Positions 24,730 through 41,889 of a stretch of 64,000 bases of DNA are shown piece after piece (the stretch's first letter is position 1; each line of letters begins with the position of its first letter). Both the position numbers and the translations under genes were made by a program. The DNA is taken from contig JBCCEA010000001.1 in assembly GCA_039030515.1 (NCBI GenBank), forward strand, positions 160,001-224,000. The letters are read 5' to 3'. Below the pieces are notes generated by a model. It was not told where the DNA came from, did no database searches, and saw only the letters and a list, made by a program, of their open reading frames with translations. Source of the DNA: Myxococcota bacterium (GTDB lineage Bacteria > Myxococcota_A > Polyangia > Polyangiales > Houyiibacteriaceae).

Positions 24730-26058
24730 GTCCGTCGTCACGCCGATCTCGCTGACCCCCAGCTCCCAGTGGTCGATGAACGCCGGCGGCGCGGGCTCGA
24801 TGAGGTTCACGAAGTGGGTGTGGGCCGGCTTGAGGTACTCCACGATGGCCCGGAGCTGGCTGCGCTGGGCGTCGGTGAGCGGGACGTCGACGATGACGTC
24901 GAACGCGTAGAGGGCGAAGCGGCTCGAGGGGCCGAGGATCCAGTCGACGCCGAGCTCGGACTCGCCGAGGACCAGCGCCTCGCCGGCGTAGGCAGTCACC
25001 GCCTGGATCTCAACGCCGAGGAAGAAGCGGACGGCGTTGATGATGCCGCGGGCGGTCCCCTTCTGCCGGTACATCTCGACGAGGACCGAAGCGAGGCGGC
25101 GCTTCCCCAGCTCGTCGAGGTCGAAGGGGAACGGGTTGCCGAGGTCGGCGAGGATGAGGTCCACGTAGATCTCGGGCGCGCGCTCGATGTCGAACACTTC
25201 GGGGAAGCGATCCACCTCGGCGAGCAGCAGATCGGTCACCTCCTGCAGGCAGGCGATGAAGCGCCACAGGTCGCCGGTCTGGTCCTCGCGGCGGTTGTGC
25301 TTGGCCAGCATCGACCAGAGGTCGAAGCGCCGCGCGTCGGGCCGAGCGGGCCGGAAGCCCTGCACGACGACCCGGTCGTAGGGCGCGAGCACCGGGTTGC
25401 CCGAGAGGTCTGCGACGCCCACAGCCACGACCTCGTAGCGCACGTCCGGGGTCATCTCCGGGTCGACCGTGAGGCGGACCATCGCCCCGTCGGCCTCGGC
25501 AGCGACGACGGTCACGGGGACCGCTGGGAAGTCGAGCGGGATCAGCGAGAAGCCGCTCGCGTCCGTGACCTGCACCGCCTCGTCGAACGCTACGTCCACC
25601 GCGTGCTGCCCGGTCGCCTGCCCGCCCACGAGCATCGGCGCGGTCCGGTCTTCGATGCGGAAGCTGTAGGTGGCCTCGAGGGCGTGTGCCCCGCCGACCG
25701 TCGCGGAGACGACGCGCACGGCGACCAGCGCCTCGCTGGCGAAGAACGTGGTCGGGTGGAGGACGACGCGGAGGGTGTCCGCCGTCTGGACGACGTCGGC
25801 GTCGGGGCCATCGAAGCCAGGCTGAAGCTCAGGTGCGCCGCCGCCGACGAAGGCCAGCGCGCCGTCGACCCACACCCGGGTCGCTGCGCGGTCGATCCCG
25901 TCGGGCCCCGGGTCCACCAGCTCGAGCGCGACGCTCGCGTCGATGGGCACGGCTAGCTCGTCGGGCCCCGGGTCGCGGTTGACCAGGACGGGGCGGTCGA
26001 GGGCGGCGACCGACGCGACGGCGTCGACGAAGAGCGCGGGCAGCTCGAAGGACGGCAT
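24721..26058 (-). CDS. Baseplate/tail protein I-like (P2 gpI) with N-terminal Ig-like domains
   Basis: [17 protein letters not shown] and YLKPAHTHF in the C-terminal part. Confidence 0.8.
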
Positions 26059-26061
26059 GGG

Positions 26062-26466
26062 TCAGACCTCCTCGAGGGCGAGGCGGATGGCGACGTCCTG
26101 CACGCCCGCGAGCTTGGAGACGTTCGCGGCGAGGTCGGTGAGCACCCGCTCTCTCCCCGGCGCGCAGGTGGCCTGCGCCAGCGGGCTGCCGTCGACGCGG
26201 ACCGACACGACCCACCGCCACCCGGTCGGCGTGCTCTCCGGGACGCGGAGGCGGAGCTGGGCCCGCACGAAGTCGGCGTCGGTCAGGTCCACCGCCTGGC
26301 GCACCTCGACGTGGTCGCCGTTCGTGAGCTCGTGGAAGCGGCCGGCCTCAGCGTCGCCCAGCACGAACACGTAGTCGCCCGACGGCGCCGGCGTCCCGTC
26401 TGCCGCCGCCGCCTCGAGGCGCCCCTGGCTCGCGCCGAGCCGCGCGTTGAAGGCCGTGCGCGCCAT
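26062..26466 (-). CDS. Hypothetical beta-rich baseplate-associated protein
   Basis: MARTAFNARL start just after the upstream stop. Confidence 0.65.
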   Translation of the reverse strand: MARTAFNARLGASQGRLEAAAADGTPAPSGDYVFVLGDAEAGRFHELTNGDHVEVRQAVDLTDADFVRAQLRLRVPESTPTGWRWVVSVRVDGSPLAQATCAPGRERVLTDLAANVSKLAGVQDVAIRLALEEV

Positions 26467-26468
26467 GG

Positions 26469-27164
26469 TCAGACCTGCCGGTAGAGCTCGAGGTGGTCGA
26501 AGAAGCCGCGGCGGGTGACGTCGCGCACCGAGAAGCCGAAGCCGCCGCGGCCCGACGTGAGCGGCTGGCTGCCGCTGTTGATGCCGAGGTGGTCGTCGAT
26601 GAACTCGGCCATCCCGGGCACCGGCTGCCAGTCGGGTGGCGTGCCGAGGGCGTGTGCGTCGAGGTCGTTGCGGAACACCTTGAGCACGACGTCGCCGTTG
26701 GCGTTGACGATGACGTCGAGGCGCAGGTGCAGCCACGTCTCCTGCGCGAAGCTCTCGCTCGACTTGAGCAGCACCCCGGGCCCGTCGGCGTCGGGCAGCC
26801 CGGTGGTCACGGTGCCCTTGCGCAGCACGACGCGGTGCGGGTCGTCGTCGGAGAGCCCGAGCAGGTACGCCTGGTCGTTGACCGAGTTGCCCTGGCAGCA
26901 CAGGTAGAGGAACGGCGAGAAGCCGGTCGGCCCGCCACCCGGCCCGCGCTGCACCACGCCGCGGATGGAGCCGCCCTTGGCCATCGGCGCGAAGTCCACG
27001 ACGTTCGCGAACAGCGCCACGCAGCCCTCGACCGCGGCGAGAGAGTTGAAAGCGTAGAGGAAGCTGCCGCCGCCCGGCGGGCGCGCGACGCCGGCCGTCA
27101 CGCCACGGTCCACCGCGGCGATGTCGAGCCCGTCGTTGAGGAAGGTCCAGTCTGTCGATGCCAT
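26469..27164 (-). CDS. Hypothetical virion protein, concanavalin/lectin-like beta sandwich
   Basis: WLHLRLDV, TSGRGGFG and FFDHLEL pattern typical of ConA-like domains. Confidence 0.6.
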   Translation of the reverse strand: MASTDWTFLNDGLDIAAVDRGVTAGVARPPGGGSFLYAFNSLAAVEGCVALFANVVDFAPMAKGGSIRGVVQRGPGGGPTGFSPFLYLCCQGNSVNDQAYLLGLSDDDPHRVVLRKGTVTTGLPDADGPGVLLKSSESFAQETWLHLRLDVIVNANGDVVLKVFRNDLDAHALGTPPDWQPVPGMAEFIDDHLGINSGSQPLTSGRGGFGFSVRDVTRRGFFDHLELYRQV

Positions 27165-27177
27165 CGCGTGTTCTCCT

Positions 27178-27729
27178 TCAGATCGTAGTGGCGGGGTCCC
27201 AGTCGTTCTCGAAGTCCTCGCGGGCCTGCGCCCCGGCGTCGAAGAGCGCCGCCGCGCTGGTCACCGCGCCCCAGGTCCAAGCGAAGGCCTGGTTCCCGCT
27301 CCACTGGTCCTCGAAGTCCTCCCGCGGCTCGCCGTCGAACACACCCACCGCACCCGCCACCTCGGCCCAGGAGGTCGCGTAGCTGTCGTTGGCCCAGCCG
27401 CCCTCGCAGTCCTCGACGTCGTCGGGCCCGAAGCTCGCCGGCAGCTGCTGCGCGGGCGGCAGCTCCCAGAGGTAGAGGTCGTTCTCCCAGGCCTCCTCGA
27501 AGTCCTCGAGGCCCTCGGGCGAGGTGTCGAAGAAGGCCCGGACCACGGGCACGTCCTCGAGCGCCAGCCACAGCTCGACCCAGCGCTCGAAGCCCTCCCA
27601 GGCGAGCTCTGGATCGGCCCCGAGCCCGGCGATCGACTCGAGGCCCGTCACGGACGCCAGCGTCCAGTGCTCGGCCTCGCCCGGCAGGAGCCCGGCGTCT
27701 TCGAAGCTGGGGTTGAGCACCGGCATCAA
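27178..27729 (-). CDS. Acidic repeat protein (E-D-F-E-x-x-W repeats)
   Basis: [27 protein letters not shown] and EDFENDW. Confidence 0.7.
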   Translation of the reverse strand: MMPVLNPSFEDAGLLPGEAEHWTLASVTGLESIAGLGADPELAWEGFERWVELWLALEDVPVVRAFFDTSPEGLEDFEEAWENDLYLWELPPAQQLPASFGPDDVEDCEGGWANDSYATSWAEVAGAVGVFDGEPREDFEDQWSGNQAFAWTWGAVTSAAALFDAGAQAREDFENDWDPATTI

Positions 27730-29237
27730 AGCGGCCCTCCCGTGTCGCCGTTGGTCAGCGTCACCGTGCCGAGCACCGGGAACTCCTGGACGCTCAGTCG
27801 CACGTCGGCGGGCAGCCCGTTGAGCGTCAGGTCGCCGGGCGCGTCGCCGATCTTGCGGACGCCCTCGGTGTCGCGGATGACGTTGAACACGTCGGACCAG
27901 GCGATCTCACCGACCGGGTTGCCCTCGGCGTCCTTGAGGTTGAAGCCGAAGTCGACGCGCCGGTTCGGCGTGCCGTCGGGCTCGGTGACGCGGACGTACG
28001 CCTGCAGGTTCTCGACGACGCGGGCGCGGACTGTGGTGCCCGACACGCCCGCGCGGAGGAACACGCGGGCAGCGACGTTCAGGCGTCGGTAGACCGGGTC
28101 GAGCACGCTCACCTGGAAGGTCAGCGTGCAGGGGTAGACCTCGGTGACCTGCTGGAGCACGAGGTTCTTGAGCGCCGGCGTGGGCACGCCTCCGCCTTGT
28201 GGGATGACGTAGAGGACGCCCGCGTTCTCGTCGATGCTCAGGTCCTCGTTCGAGGTGAGCATCAGGGCCCGCGCCACGCCGGGCAGCCGCCGCGCGTTGA
28301 TCTCGAAGTCCTCCCTCGCGACGCTCCGGGTCATCGCGCGCAGGCTCTCCGGTGCGAGCAGCCGAGCGGAGGCGACGCTCTGCCGGTCGGTCCCGCCGGT
28401 CGCGGGCAGCGGGTTCGTCACCGAGACCTGGACCGGCCGCCCGTGCACGTCCATGAACGCGCCCTCGATGACGACGAGCCGCCCGGCGTCGACGTTGCCG
28501 CCCGTGCCGCCGCCAGTCTTGTAGCGGACCGTGACCGTCCCGGTCGGCGGTAGCCCGTTGCGCCCGTCTCCGAAGCGGACGGACGCGCGGTCGTTCTGGT
28601 CGACGCGGACGAGGAAGTGGCGGTCGTTCGGGCCCGAGTCGAGGAAGCTGTCCACCTCGGTGTACGCGCCCGTCGGCGTCGACACCTCCGCCGAGCCATC
28701 GAGGTACGGCGCGCGGTCGAGCAGCAGCTCGAAGCCCTTGAGCCCCCGCGCCTCGGCCAGCTGCTGGTGTGGCCGCGAGTGCTCGGCGATCACGGTGGCG
28801 GTGGGCGGGTCCTGGCCGGCGTTGATCTGCGCGTCGCCGAGGAGCTGGAACCGCACTGGCTCGGTCACCTCCTGCGTCCTCACGACGGTGCTAGCGGGGA
28901 TGACGACGTTCGCGGTCGGCGGGCGCGTGAGGGTGACGGCCAGCTCGGCCGTCGCGGCACGGGCGCCCTGCAGGCGGTAGCCGAGCATCTGCGCCAGGGC
29001 CATGACGTTCTTGCGCTGGGTGGCGGTCACGAGCCGCGACTCGCGGGCGAGGTTGTCCTGGTAGAACGTCAGGACGTCGCCGACGAAGGCGTAGAGCTCG
29101 ATGAGCACGTTGCCGAAGCTGGCGACCTCGAAGTCAGTCCAGTCCGGGAACACGCTCTTCACCAGCTGGATCAGCCGGGTCCGCAGCGCGTCGAAGTCCT
29201 TGTCGGTGTAGTCCACCGCCTCGGGGAGAAGGTTCAT
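27726..29237 (-). CDS. Baseplate wedge protein (gpJ/gp47/T4 gp6-like)
   Basis: DYTDKDF, PDWTDF, FGDGRNG.PP, GG..GNV and RSVAREDFE motifs. Confidence 0.9.
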   Translation of the reverse strand: MNLLPEAVDYTDKDFDALRTRLIQLVKSVFPDWTDFEVASFGNVLIELYAFVGDVLTFYQDNLARESRLVTATQRKNVMALAQMLGYRLQGARAATAELAVTLTRPPTANVVIPASTVVRTQEVTEPVRFQLLGDAQINAGQDPPTATVIAEHSRPHQQLAEARGLKGFELLLDRAPYLDGSAEVSTPTGAYTEVDSFLDSGPNDRHFLVRVDQNDRASVRFGDGRNGLPPTGTVTVRYKTGGGTGGNVDAGRLVVIEGAFMDVHGRPVQVSVTNPLPATGGTDRQSVASARLLAPESLRAMTRSVAREDFEINARRLPGVARALMLTSNEDLSIDENAGVLYVIPQGGGVPTPALKNLVLQQVTEVYPCTLTFQVSVLDPVYRRLNVAARVFLRAGVSGTTVRARVVENLQAYVRVTEPDGTPNRRVDFGFNLKDAEGNPVGEIAWSDVFNVIRDTEGVRKIGDAPGDLTLNGLPADVRLSVQEFPVLGTVTLTNGDTGGPL

Positions 29238-29626
29238 GGGCGCACCTCCGCCGCAGCCTCGGCGCCGGTGGCCTTGTCGCGCACCCGCAGGCGCAGGACG
29301 AGTGAGGCGTCCTCGCGCGTCACCTGGAGGGCCACGAGCCGCGCGCTCGGGACCCAGCGGGCCAGGGCGTCGCGGACGTAGACACGGGCCAGCTCGGCGA
29401 GGACCTCGTCGTTGCGCTGGTGGCGAAGCAGGTGCAGCCCCGCGCCGAAGCTCGTGCGCCATGGCAGCTCGCCCGACGAGCGCGGCGTGGCGCCCTCGGT
29501 CATCAGGGCTTGCAGGACCTTGCTGCGCAGCAGCTCGGCCCCGCTCCCCGACGCGAAGTCGCGCTTGCGGTCGCGGCGGAACGGCGTGAGCAGCCCGTGG
29601 AGCTCGTTCATCGCGTCCTCCATCAC
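29234..29626 (-). CDS. Baseplate protein gpW/gp25-like
   Basis: [13 protein letters not shown] and ALARWVP motifs. Confidence 0.8.
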   Translation of the reverse strand: MMEDAMNELHGLLTPFRRDRKRDFASGSGAELLRSKVLQALMTEGATPRSSGELPWRTSFGAGLHLLRHQRNDEVLAELARVYVRDALARWVPSARLVALQVTREDASLVLRLRVRDKATGAEAAAEVRP

Positions 29627-30297
29627 GGCACCGGCACCGCGTCGCGGACGCCCTGGAGCGTCTCGATGATGGCGTCGATGGGCGCGATCGCATCGTCGAG
29701 CGGCCGGCCCGCGAGGTCGGAGAGATCGGGCACCTCGGGCCCGCCCACCATGCCGAGGAAGAGGTTAAGCAGCCCGATGAGCTTGCCGAGCGACGCGAGG
29801 CTCTTGCCAACATTGGCGGCCTCCTGGGCGACGTTGGCCTGAGCGCAGCTGGTGATCGCCATCAGGCCCGCGTCCTCGAGCTCGGTGGCGCGGTCGATGG
29901 CGCCGAGGATCTGGACCATCTGCTGCTGCAGGTGCAGGAGCTGGCTGCGCGCCTGCCGGAGCGTGTCGATGACCAGGTCGATGATCCCGATGATCGTGTA
30001 CGGAAGCGACAGCTGCGGGATGAGCCGCAGCAGCGCGTTCACCTTCTCGGCGAGCTCGGGGATACAGGCCGCGATGGCGGTCGGATCCGGCGGCGGCCCG
30101 AGTGTGTCCGGGATGGCCTTGATGCAGTTGAAGACCGCGACGACGGTGTCGATGATGTTGAACAGCGGCACCAACGGCGTGAGCGCCGGCTGGATCACCT
30201 CCATCAGGTTGATGTGCTCCATCGTCACGCCGCCGGGCAGCGTGATCTGGAAGGGGTCGGGGATCTCTGGGATCTCGATGCAGATGGGCAGCGGCAC
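29623..30297 (-). CDS. Hypothetical helical baseplate-region protein
   Basis: Coupled ORF between the gpV and gpW genes; Ile/Pro/Leu rich. Confidence 0.75.
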   Translation of the reverse strand: MPLPICIEIPEIPDPFQITLPGGVTMEHINLMEVIQPALTPLVPLFNIIDTVVAVFNCIKAIPDTLGPPPDPTAIAACIPELAEKVNALLRLIPQLSLPYTIIGIIDLVIDTLRQARSQLLHLQQQMVQILGAIDRATELEDAGLMAITSCAQANVAQEAANVGKSLASLGKLIGLLNLFLGMVGGPEVPDLSDLAGRPLDDAIAPIDAIIETLQGVRDAVPVP

Positions 30298-30306
30298 GTC
30301 GTCCTC

Positions 30307-30888
30307 CTAGATCGGGTCCGCGATGGGTCGGACGACGCGGCCCGCGATGGTGACCTGCAGCCCCTCGATGCTGATGGCGCCGACAGCTCGGAGGGTCAGC
30401 GCGCTCGTGGCCTCGAGGGTCACGCTGTTCTCCTCGGCGTCGAACACGAGGTGGTCGCCGGTCTTCTTGTTGGTCAGCTTCAGGCGGCGCGCGTCCTTCG
30501 ACTCGTCGAGCTCGACGCGGAAGGTGGGCGTTGCGAGCACGCGGTTGTCGGGCGGGTCCTTCTGCGCCTCCTCGGGGACCTCGCTCTCGCCGTCCGGCTT
30601 CCCCCAGTGGGCCGAGAGGTAGTACGGCGCGTCGACGTCGCCCTGGTTGAAGAACACCGCGACCTCCGCCCCCTCCTCGGGCACCGCGAAGAGCCCCCGG
30701 TCCTTGAAGCCGCCGCCGGCCGTGCCGAGCGGCCACGCCCAGCCGCTGTGCGGCTCGACCACGCCGGGGATGCACACCCGCACGCGCCCGAGCTGGTCGG
30801 GGTCGCGCCGGTGCGTGACGTAGCCGACGTACATCCCGAGCAGGCGGGTGTCGTGGCGGCGGATGTCGTCGTCGAAGGTCGAGAACAC
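30307..30888 (-). CDS. Baseplate spike gpV/gp5 OB-fold protein
   Basis: [32 protein letters not shown] and a C-terminal beta-helix. Confidence 0.9.
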   Translation of the reverse strand: MFSTFDDDIRRHDTRLLGMYVGYVTHRRDPDQLGRVRVCIPGVVEPHSGWAWPLGTAGGGFKDRGLFAVPEEGAEVAVFFNQGDVDAPYYLSAHWGKPDGESEVPEEAQKDPPDNRVLATPTFRVELDESKDARRLKLTNKKTGDHLVFDAEENSVTLEATSALTLRAVGAISIEGLQVTIAGRVVRPIADPI

Positions 30889-30890
30889 GG

Positions 30891-32177
30891 TCAGCTCCCT
30901 CCCGCGTCGAGCGGCACGCTCATCTGGGCCTCGGGGTCCTCGGCGCCGATCGGCTGCCCGTCGCGGCGGTACTCGACGCGGGTGGCGCCCGTGTCGGGGT
31001 CCACCACCTCCACCTCGGTCATCGAGCCGCCGGCGCTGGGCTCGCTCCGGTTCCGCTCGCCGCGCTGCTCCTGGGCCACCTGGCGGGCGCGGCGGCCGCT
31101 CCCGTCGCGGGTGAGCTTGAGCTCGCAGACGTAGCCCGAGGACGAGACGACGTGCTTGACGTCGGTGACGTAGTACTTGCCGGAGAGCAGCCCGGAGATG
31201 CCACGCACCTCGACGATGTTCTTCGCGTGCAGGGTCGGGTCGCCCACCACGCGCATCGAGAGCTTCACCGTCCCCCGCTCGGAGCGGCGAAACCGAGCCT
31301 GCGCCTCCCGGCCGGCGCGCTCGCTCGTCGGGGCCGACGTGGGCGCGACGGTGGCCGTCGCGTTGCGGGTCTCCAGCGTGGTCGCCCCGGTCTCGGGGTC
31401 CACCACCTCGACGACCTCGGCGAGGGTCTCGCGCTCGGCGGTGTCGTTGTTGACCGTCTCCTCGATGGTGCTGCGCGTGAGCGGGTCCCGGCCGCGCACG
31501 GTGACCCGGCCCGCCCGGCGCCCGAGGTCGCTCTCGACGTTGACCGAGAGCACGTCGCCACGCCCCGGATCGGCGTACCAGGTGAAGACGTGGGTGGGCG
31601 CGGCGCTCTGCCGGCGCTCGTGGAAGTGGAAGCCGCCGTCGTCGACGTAGAACTCGAACTCTTCGCGGCTCGCAAGGCGCCGCAGGAAGCGGGCGTCGGT
31701 CTCGCCGGTCTGGTTGATGACCTCGAGCACCTCGCGGGTGTCCTCGACGTCGACCAGGGTGCCCTCGTACCCGTGTTCTTCCGCGACGGCCCTGGCGACG
31801 TCGGCGCGGCTCATGTTCTCGAAGACGCGGGTCTTCGACTCCCGGTCCATGAGCACGCTGGTGGCGCGGCCCTCCAGGGTGAGCGTCGTGAAGCCCTTGA
31901 GCTTGCGGACGACCACACGGCGCGGCGGCGCCATGTTGCCCGGATATCCCCAGCTCACCTCGAGCACGGCCCCGCCCGCGATGTCCTCGCGGTCGAAGAG
32001 CGAGAGGTCAAAGTTGTCGAGCTGGATGGAGACCTGGTCGGCCTTGCGCTCGGCGTCCTCGAAGGTGAACGCGATGATGCGGTCGCCCAGGTCGAGGGGC
32101 TCGCCGCCCTCGGCCTGCTCGTCGGGGAGCAGCGTGATGCGGACGCCGGGGGCGCTGCGGTCGAGGATGGGGTTCAT
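30891..32177 (-). CDS. Baseplate hub / late control protein D (gpD)
   Basis: [24 protein letters not shown] and [11 protein letters not shown] motifs. Confidence 0.88.
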   Translation of the reverse strand: MNPILDRSAPGVRITLLPDEQAEGGEPLDLGDRIIAFTFEDAERKADQVSIQLDNFDLSLFDREDIAGGAVLEVSWGYPGNMAPPRRVVVRKLKGFTTLTLEGRATSVLMDRESKTRVFENMSRADVARAVAEEHGYEGTLVDVEDTREVLEVINQTGETDARFLRRLASREEFEFYVDDGGFHFHERRQSAAPTHVFTWYADPGRGDVLSVNVESDLGRRAGRVTVRGRDPLTRSTIEETVNNDTAERETLAEVVEVVDPETGATTLETRNATATVAPTSAPTSERAGREAQARFRRSERGTVKLSMRVVGDPTLHAKNIVEVRGISGLLSGKYYVTDVKHVVSSSGYVCELKLTRDGSGRRARQVAQEQRGERNRSEPSAGGSMTEVEVVDPDTGATRVEYRRDGQPIGAEDPEAQMSVPLDAGGS

Positions 32178-32512
32178 GCCGCCCTCCGCCGCTGCTCGGA
32201 GAGGATGACGTCGGTGAGCACCCGGACCGACGGGACGAAGAGCACGCGCCCGGGCTCGAGCACCAGCGTCGGGTCGACGATGGGATCGGGCTGGAAGTCG
32301 GCGATGACCCACCAGAAGCCGCAGGCTCGGGGCAGCGGCGCGAAGTGGCGCCCGGCGAGCCCCCACAGGGAGTCGCCCTGCACGACGGTGTGCCGCCGGG
32401 TGTCGGCGAGCTCGCGGTAGCCGTAGGGCTCGCGCTCGCTGAGGAAGAGGCGGCCCGCCTCGTCGCGGGTGCCGAACGTGAAGCTGTGCCGGGAGCCGGA
32501 CTTCGGGGGCAT
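32174..32512 (-). CDS. LysM/gpX-like tail protein
   Basis: HTVVQGDSLWGLA..WWVIADF..PGRVLFVP. Confidence 0.8.
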   Translation of the reverse strand: MPPKSGSRHSFTFGTRDEAGRLFLSEREPYGYRELADTRRHTVVQGDSLWGLAGRHFAPLPRACGFWWVIADFQPDPIVDPTLVLEPGRVLFVPSVRVLTDVILSEQRRRAA

Positions 32513-32514
32513 GG

Positions 32515-33015
32515 TCAGACCTCCTCCCGCAGGGCCTCGGAGGTGACCCGCACGTCGAGGATCTCCTCGAAGTTGACGTTGGCGGCGTAGACCAGGGCCC
32601 GACCGTCGTTGCCGAACTGGCGGTACTGGAACTCGACGCCGGTGAGCACCGCCTCGACCGTGAGCACGCCCGGCCAGATGAAGAGCGTGCGCGGGGGCGC
32701 CGTCGCGGCGACCCCCTCGGTGGCCTCGGGCGGGACGGTCAGCGCCCGCAGGAAGGCGCGGAAGTCCATGATGTCGACGTCGCCCGGCTGCTCGGCGGCG
32801 AAGGTGCGGTCGAGGTAGAACTCCACCGCGCTGAGCTCCCGGTTGCCGGTGCTCTGGTACTGGAGCACCTGGTGCGAGAGCCCGGGCACGGCGAGGCGGT
32901 TCCAGTTGACCTGCACCTTCTCGACGAGCTGCGTCGGGTTGAACAGGCACTCGATGGACTCGCCGGTCACGACGTTGACCAGGGAGCAGCGCGGCGGGCG
33001 GGTGTCGAAGGTCAT
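32515..33015 (-). CDS. Tail tube initiator (gpU/gp48-like)
   Basis: FNPTQL, VPGLS..LQY and PP..LFIW motifs; follows the tape measure gene. Confidence 0.75.
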   Translation of the reverse strand: MTFDTRPPRCSLVNVVTGESIECLFNPTQLVEKVQVNWNRLAVPGLSHQVLQYQSTGNRELSAVEFYLDRTFAAEQPGDVDIMDFRAFLRALTVPPEATEGVAATAPPRTLFIWPGVLTVEAVLTGVEFQYRQFGNDGRALVYAANVNFEEILDVRVTSEALREEV

Positions 33016-33028
33016 CCAGCGCTCCTCT

Positions 33029-35842
<2,814 letters not shown>

Positions 35843-35848
35843 GTCCGT

Positions 35849-36040
35849 CTACCTTCGTCTGCCTGCCTTCTCGATCTCGCGTGCCTCGCGTTCGCGTTGC
35901 TGCCCGATGCGCTCGAGCAGCCAGTCCCGGTCTGCGGTGGAGAGCTCGAGCGCCTCGGCGAGCGTGGCCCCGAGCCCGGAGCCGCCGTGCTGTCGCCAGC
36001 ACAGCTGGAAGAGCCCCTCGCGCCAGCCCTCCAGGCTCAC
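35849..36040 (-). CDS. Tail assembly chaperone T segment (gpGT extension or separate GTG-start gene)
   Basis: -1 frame relative to the upstream chaperone; ends just before the tape measure gene. Confidence 0.65.
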   Translation of the reverse strand: MSLEGWREGLFQLCWRQHGGSGLGATLAEALELSTADRDWLLERIGQQREREAREIEKAGRRR

Positions 36041-36810
36041 GCGAGGGAGGAGCTGGTGCGGTCCCGCCGCCTCGCCGTCCTCGCCTTCCCAGGCAGGAAG
36101 AAGCCCCGGTCGAAAGGGAGCTCGACCTCCTGGAGCGTGAAGCACTCGGGGCACTCGACCTCGATGGCCGTGTCCACGCCGCAGTCGACCCGGTCGAACT
36201 CGTCGACCAGGAAGTCGGCGTCCCGCATGCTGAGGTCCTCGAGGAAGCGGCGCTTGTCCTTGGGCGAGACGCACTCGACCTCGACGACGCGCCAGCCGAG
36301 CATGGCGGAGAGGATCCGCTCGCCGGCGTTGCGGCGGAGCTGCGGCAGCTTGCGCTCGTCGGCGCCGGTGAAGAGCCGGAACCACACGCGGACGCCGGCG
36401 TCGGGCAGCGTGGTCTCGAAGCGGTTCCCGTCGGTGAAGGCGGCGCGGCTCTCGTCGGTCAGGGGCCGGACCGGCAGCTCGGTCAGGTCGAGCTCCCACT
36501 CGAAGCGGGCGCGGCACCCCTCGTTCTGGCAGCCGAGGGAGAAGGCGTAGGTCGGCCCGTAGGTCAGCGCCCGCACCTGCAGGAGCGCGAAGAAGCGGTC
36601 GCCCTGGAGCACCGCGCCCCAGTCGATGTCCTTGTCACCGAAATCGTAGGGCCCCGGCTCGAGCGTTTCCTCCCAACACGCGCCGAGCAGCGCGTCGACC
36701 TGCCCGCCGCTCTTGGCGAGCTTCCGGTCGGCCAGGACCCTCTCCTCGCGGACCTTCATGCCGCGGATGCGGCCCGTGAGCCCCGATGGGCAGGTGATGA
36801 CGTGGGACAT
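36037..36810 (-). CDS. Tail assembly chaperone (T4 gp26/gp51-like, with Cys pairs)
   Basis: Between tube and tape measure genes; GDR..LL..R.LTYG, CQNEGC and CPEC. Confidence 0.75.
   Translation of the reverse strand: MSHVITCPSGLTGRIRGMKVREERVLADRKLAKSGGQVDALLGACWEETLEPGPYDFGDKDIDWGAVLQGDRFFALLQVRALTYGPTYAFSLGCQNEGCRARFEWELDLTELPVRPLTDESRAAFTDGNRFETTLPDAGVRVWFRLFTGADERKLPQLRRNAGERILSAMLGWRVVEVECVSPKDKRRFLEDLSMRDADFLVDEFDRVDCGVDTAIEVECPECFTLQEVELPFDRGFFLPGKARTARRRDRTSSSLA
36112..36118 (-). other. Programmed -1 frameshift heptamer C CCT TTC
   Basis: X XXY YYZ pattern in the correct phase (L-P-F codons); the -1 frame is open to 35849. Confidence 0.7.
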
Positions 36811-36869
36811 GCGCTCTCCTCCGATGAGACGGGTCGTCGGAGGACGGCAGGTGCACGGCCTCCATCGGA

Positions 36870-36899
36870 GTAGAGCCGAGGATGTGGGGGCGTGGGACG
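36870..36899 (-). promoter_or_regulatory. Motif A copy (CGTCCCA-N14-CGGCTCTAC)
   Basis: Upstream of the chaperone, tape measure and baseplate genes. Confidence 0.8.
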
Positions 36900-36963
36900 G
36901 TTGACTCGCTGCGAGTCGTTGCGTGATCTCTGCAGGAACGCACCGAAGCGGATGGAGACTTCT

Positions 36964-37386
36964 ATGGATCGCAACGCGCTAACCGGAAGCTGGGTCGAAG
37001 CAGCTCAGAGCGGGTCGCTTCTGACCGCGAAGCACGACCCGAACAACCTGTCGATCACCTTTGCTCGATACCGAACCGTTCTCGACCACGCCGTCTCAGC
37101 CAGCCTGGAGTCGTTCATCTCATCGGGCGAATACGACATCACGAAGTATGAGGATGCGCGATACCCGAACGGTGCGGGGTACTTCGAGGTCACGCCCAAG
37201 CCGGCAAGCGGCTTCACAGTCGTGGGGTCAGCCGTCCCGTCCGGTTCTGTCACCCCTACGGGAAGCCTTGACCGACTCGTGTTCGTGTCTGGCAGCCAGC
37301 AAGGCTGGCATGTCTACGCCGAGAGCTCGGCGCAGATCTCCGGCAGCGTCACCAGCGGACGTCTCACCCGAAGCGGCAGCATCTAG
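36964..37386 (+). CDS. Orphan hypothetical protein (moron, opposite strand)
   Basis: RBS GGAG before ATG 36964; stop abuts the tail tube stop. Confidence 0.6.
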   Translation: MDRNALTGSWVEAAQSGSLLTAKHDPNNLSITFARYRTVLDHAVSASLESFISSGEYDITKYEDARYPNGAGYFEVTPKPASGFTVVGSAVPSGSVTPTGSLDRLVFVSGSQQGWHVYAESSAQISGSVTSGRLTRSGSI

Positions 37387-37848
<462 letters not shown>

Positions 37849-37860
37849 GGGTCGTCCTCC

Positions 37861-40064
<2,204 letters not shown>

Positions 40065-40068
<4 letters not shown>

Positions 40069-40394
40069 CGGCTTCCTCCTCGCTTGCGGCGGGCCCGCTT
40101 GTCGCGGGACCCGGACTTCGGCGAGCGCGCGGGCTCAGCCGGGGGCTTGGGTTCCTTCTTGTGCACCTCGAGGTCTCCGCGGCCGGCGGCGGCGAGGACC
40201 TCGGGCGCGGCGAGCACGGCCTCGGGTAGCGCTGTGGTGGCGTGTCCTGCCGGCAGCGTGATGGACCGGCACACGGCGCGGCCTCGCGGGTCTCGCGGAG
40301 GCACGCACATGCAGGTGTCTTCGGTGCACACGAATCGGTGCGGCAGGTTGAGCGCCAGGCAGCGGCCGCTCCGGTTGATGAGGGTCACGGTCAT
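40065..40394 (-). CDS. Small hypothetical protein upstream of sheath
   Basis: Coupled at both ends; LNLPH..C...C.C. Confidence 0.65.
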
Positions 40395-41296
40395 GGCGCG
40401 CCTCCGATGGGGGTGGCGTCGAGCTCGGGCGCGTCGGCGACCGCCTTGCCCAGGTCCATGGGCAGGCCCTCGTCGATGTCGAAGCCCCGGACGAGGAGCC
40501 CGCAGGTGAACACCCGGATCTCGTCGCGGCCGCGCAGGTTCGTGCGGAAGTCTCCGTCGGGATCCATCTCCCAGCGGACCGCGCCGAGCTCGGGGCGAGC
40601 GGGGTCACGCAGCAGCTCGAGCCAGCGGTTGCGGTTGAGGAACGACGCGACCGTCGCCATCAGGTTGAGCAGCTCGGCGGTACGGTCCGACGCGGCGGTC
40701 AGGGTGAAGGCGAGGTCGACGGTGTAGGCCGGGCGGCGGCGCTGGAGCTCGGGGCCGCTCACGCCAGCGACCACGTCCTCGTGGGGGACGTTGCTCGCGT
40801 AGAAGCGGCTGGCACGGACCGTCGGCCCGGAGAGCACCAGGGACGGCAGGGTCGCCATCGTTACGACGCGGAGCTGGTCCTCGGGGGTGGCGTCGTAGTC
40901 GAGCGCCACCGTCATGCTCGTGTTCTCGACGACCTGCGACTTGAGCATCCGCAGCAGCGTGCGGACGAGCCGGGTCACGGTGGCCTCGGCCACGATGGCC
41001 GTGCGCTCGAAACGGTACGCGTCGGCGACGGTCACCGCCTCGCCCGGCACCGGAACACCGGCGGCGTCGAGGTTCTCGAGGGTGACCGGGACCAGCGCCT
41101 CGGGGTGCGCCGGCGTGCGCACGTCGGCGATCCACAGGCCCGCCTCCTGACGGACCGAGAGGACCTGGCCGGGGACGGCGCCGAAGCGCACCGCGACCTG
41201 GGGCGCGTAGCTCTGTCCGATCAGGCGGACGAGGTCTCCGCCGCTCGTGGGGCCGGCGGCGGGCGTGATGGTGTCGAGGAGCGGGACCGCCATCAC
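40391..41296 (-). CDS. IPT/TIG domain fused to putative tail terminator
   Basis: [19 protein letters not shown] (IPT); C-terminal LPSLVL..P and VDL.F.L terminator-like domain. Confidence 0.65.
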   Translation of the reverse strand: MMAVPLLDTITPAAGPTSGGDLVRLIGQSYAPQVAVRFGAVPGQVLSVRQEAGLWIADVRTPAHPEALVPVTLENLDAAGVPVPGEAVTVADAYRFERTAIVAEATVTRLVRTLLRMLKSQVVENTSMTVALDYDATPEDQLRVVTMATLPSLVLSGPTVRASRFYASNVPHEDVVAGVSGPELQRRRPAYTVDLAFTLTAASDRTAELLNLMATVASFLNRNRWLELLRDPARPELGAVRWEMDPDGDFRTNLRGRDEIRVFTCGLLVRGFDIDEGLPMDLGKAVADAPELDATPIGGAP

Positions 41297-41889
41297 GCCC
41301 CTCCCATACCGGTGAGCGCCGCGACGCGGGCCAGGAAGCGCCGCTGGGCACCCGGCTTGAACTTCTCGAAGGCGGGCCGCAGGAAGGGCCGCGCTGGAAC
41401 CTGGACGACGACCACGCCGCGCCCGCTGCCTCCACCGATCGGCTCGCCCGCCTCGCGCAGCACGGCGAAGACGAGGCGCCGCATGGCGTCGGTCATGGGG
41501 ATGACGATGGGGGCCGAGCCAAACTCCTGGACCTCGGCGATCTTGGTCAGGCTCTGCCCGTCCTTGCCGCGGGCCGTCCGGGGCACGCCGACGAACGCCT
41601 CGTCGCCGCGGACGATGGCCGCGACGCCGTTGCGGAGATCGGCCCGGACGATGAGTGACTTGCTCCCGCCGAAGCCCTTCAGGCGTCGCGCGGCGAGCGT
41701 CGTCTCCTTCGGCGGCGCGATGGCCGAGCCGCCCGGCGCCTGCCGGGTGAGCCCTTGCACGATCTCGCGCCGGAGCGCCTCGGCCTCCTGGCGCATCGCG
41801 ACGGCGATGGCGGCCTTGAGCTGCACGGGTCCCGCCGCGAGCAGCGCCCGGGCGCGCCTCCAGTCGCCGGTCTTAGTCACCGTGGTCAT
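41293..41889 (-). CDS. Neck/tail completion protein (virion morphogenesis family)
   Basis: IAEVQEFG and [10 protein letters not shown] motifs. Confidence 0.8.
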   Translation of the reverse strand: MTTVTKTGDWRRARALLAAGPVQLKAAIAVAMRQEAEALRREIVQGLTRQAPGGSAIAPPKETTLAARRLKGFGGSKSLIVRADLRNGVAAIVRGDEAFVGVPRTARGKDGQSLTKIAEVQEFGSAPIVIPMTDAMRRLVFAVLREAGEPIGGGSGRGVVVVQVPARPFLRPAFEKFKPGAQRRFLARVAALTGMGGA

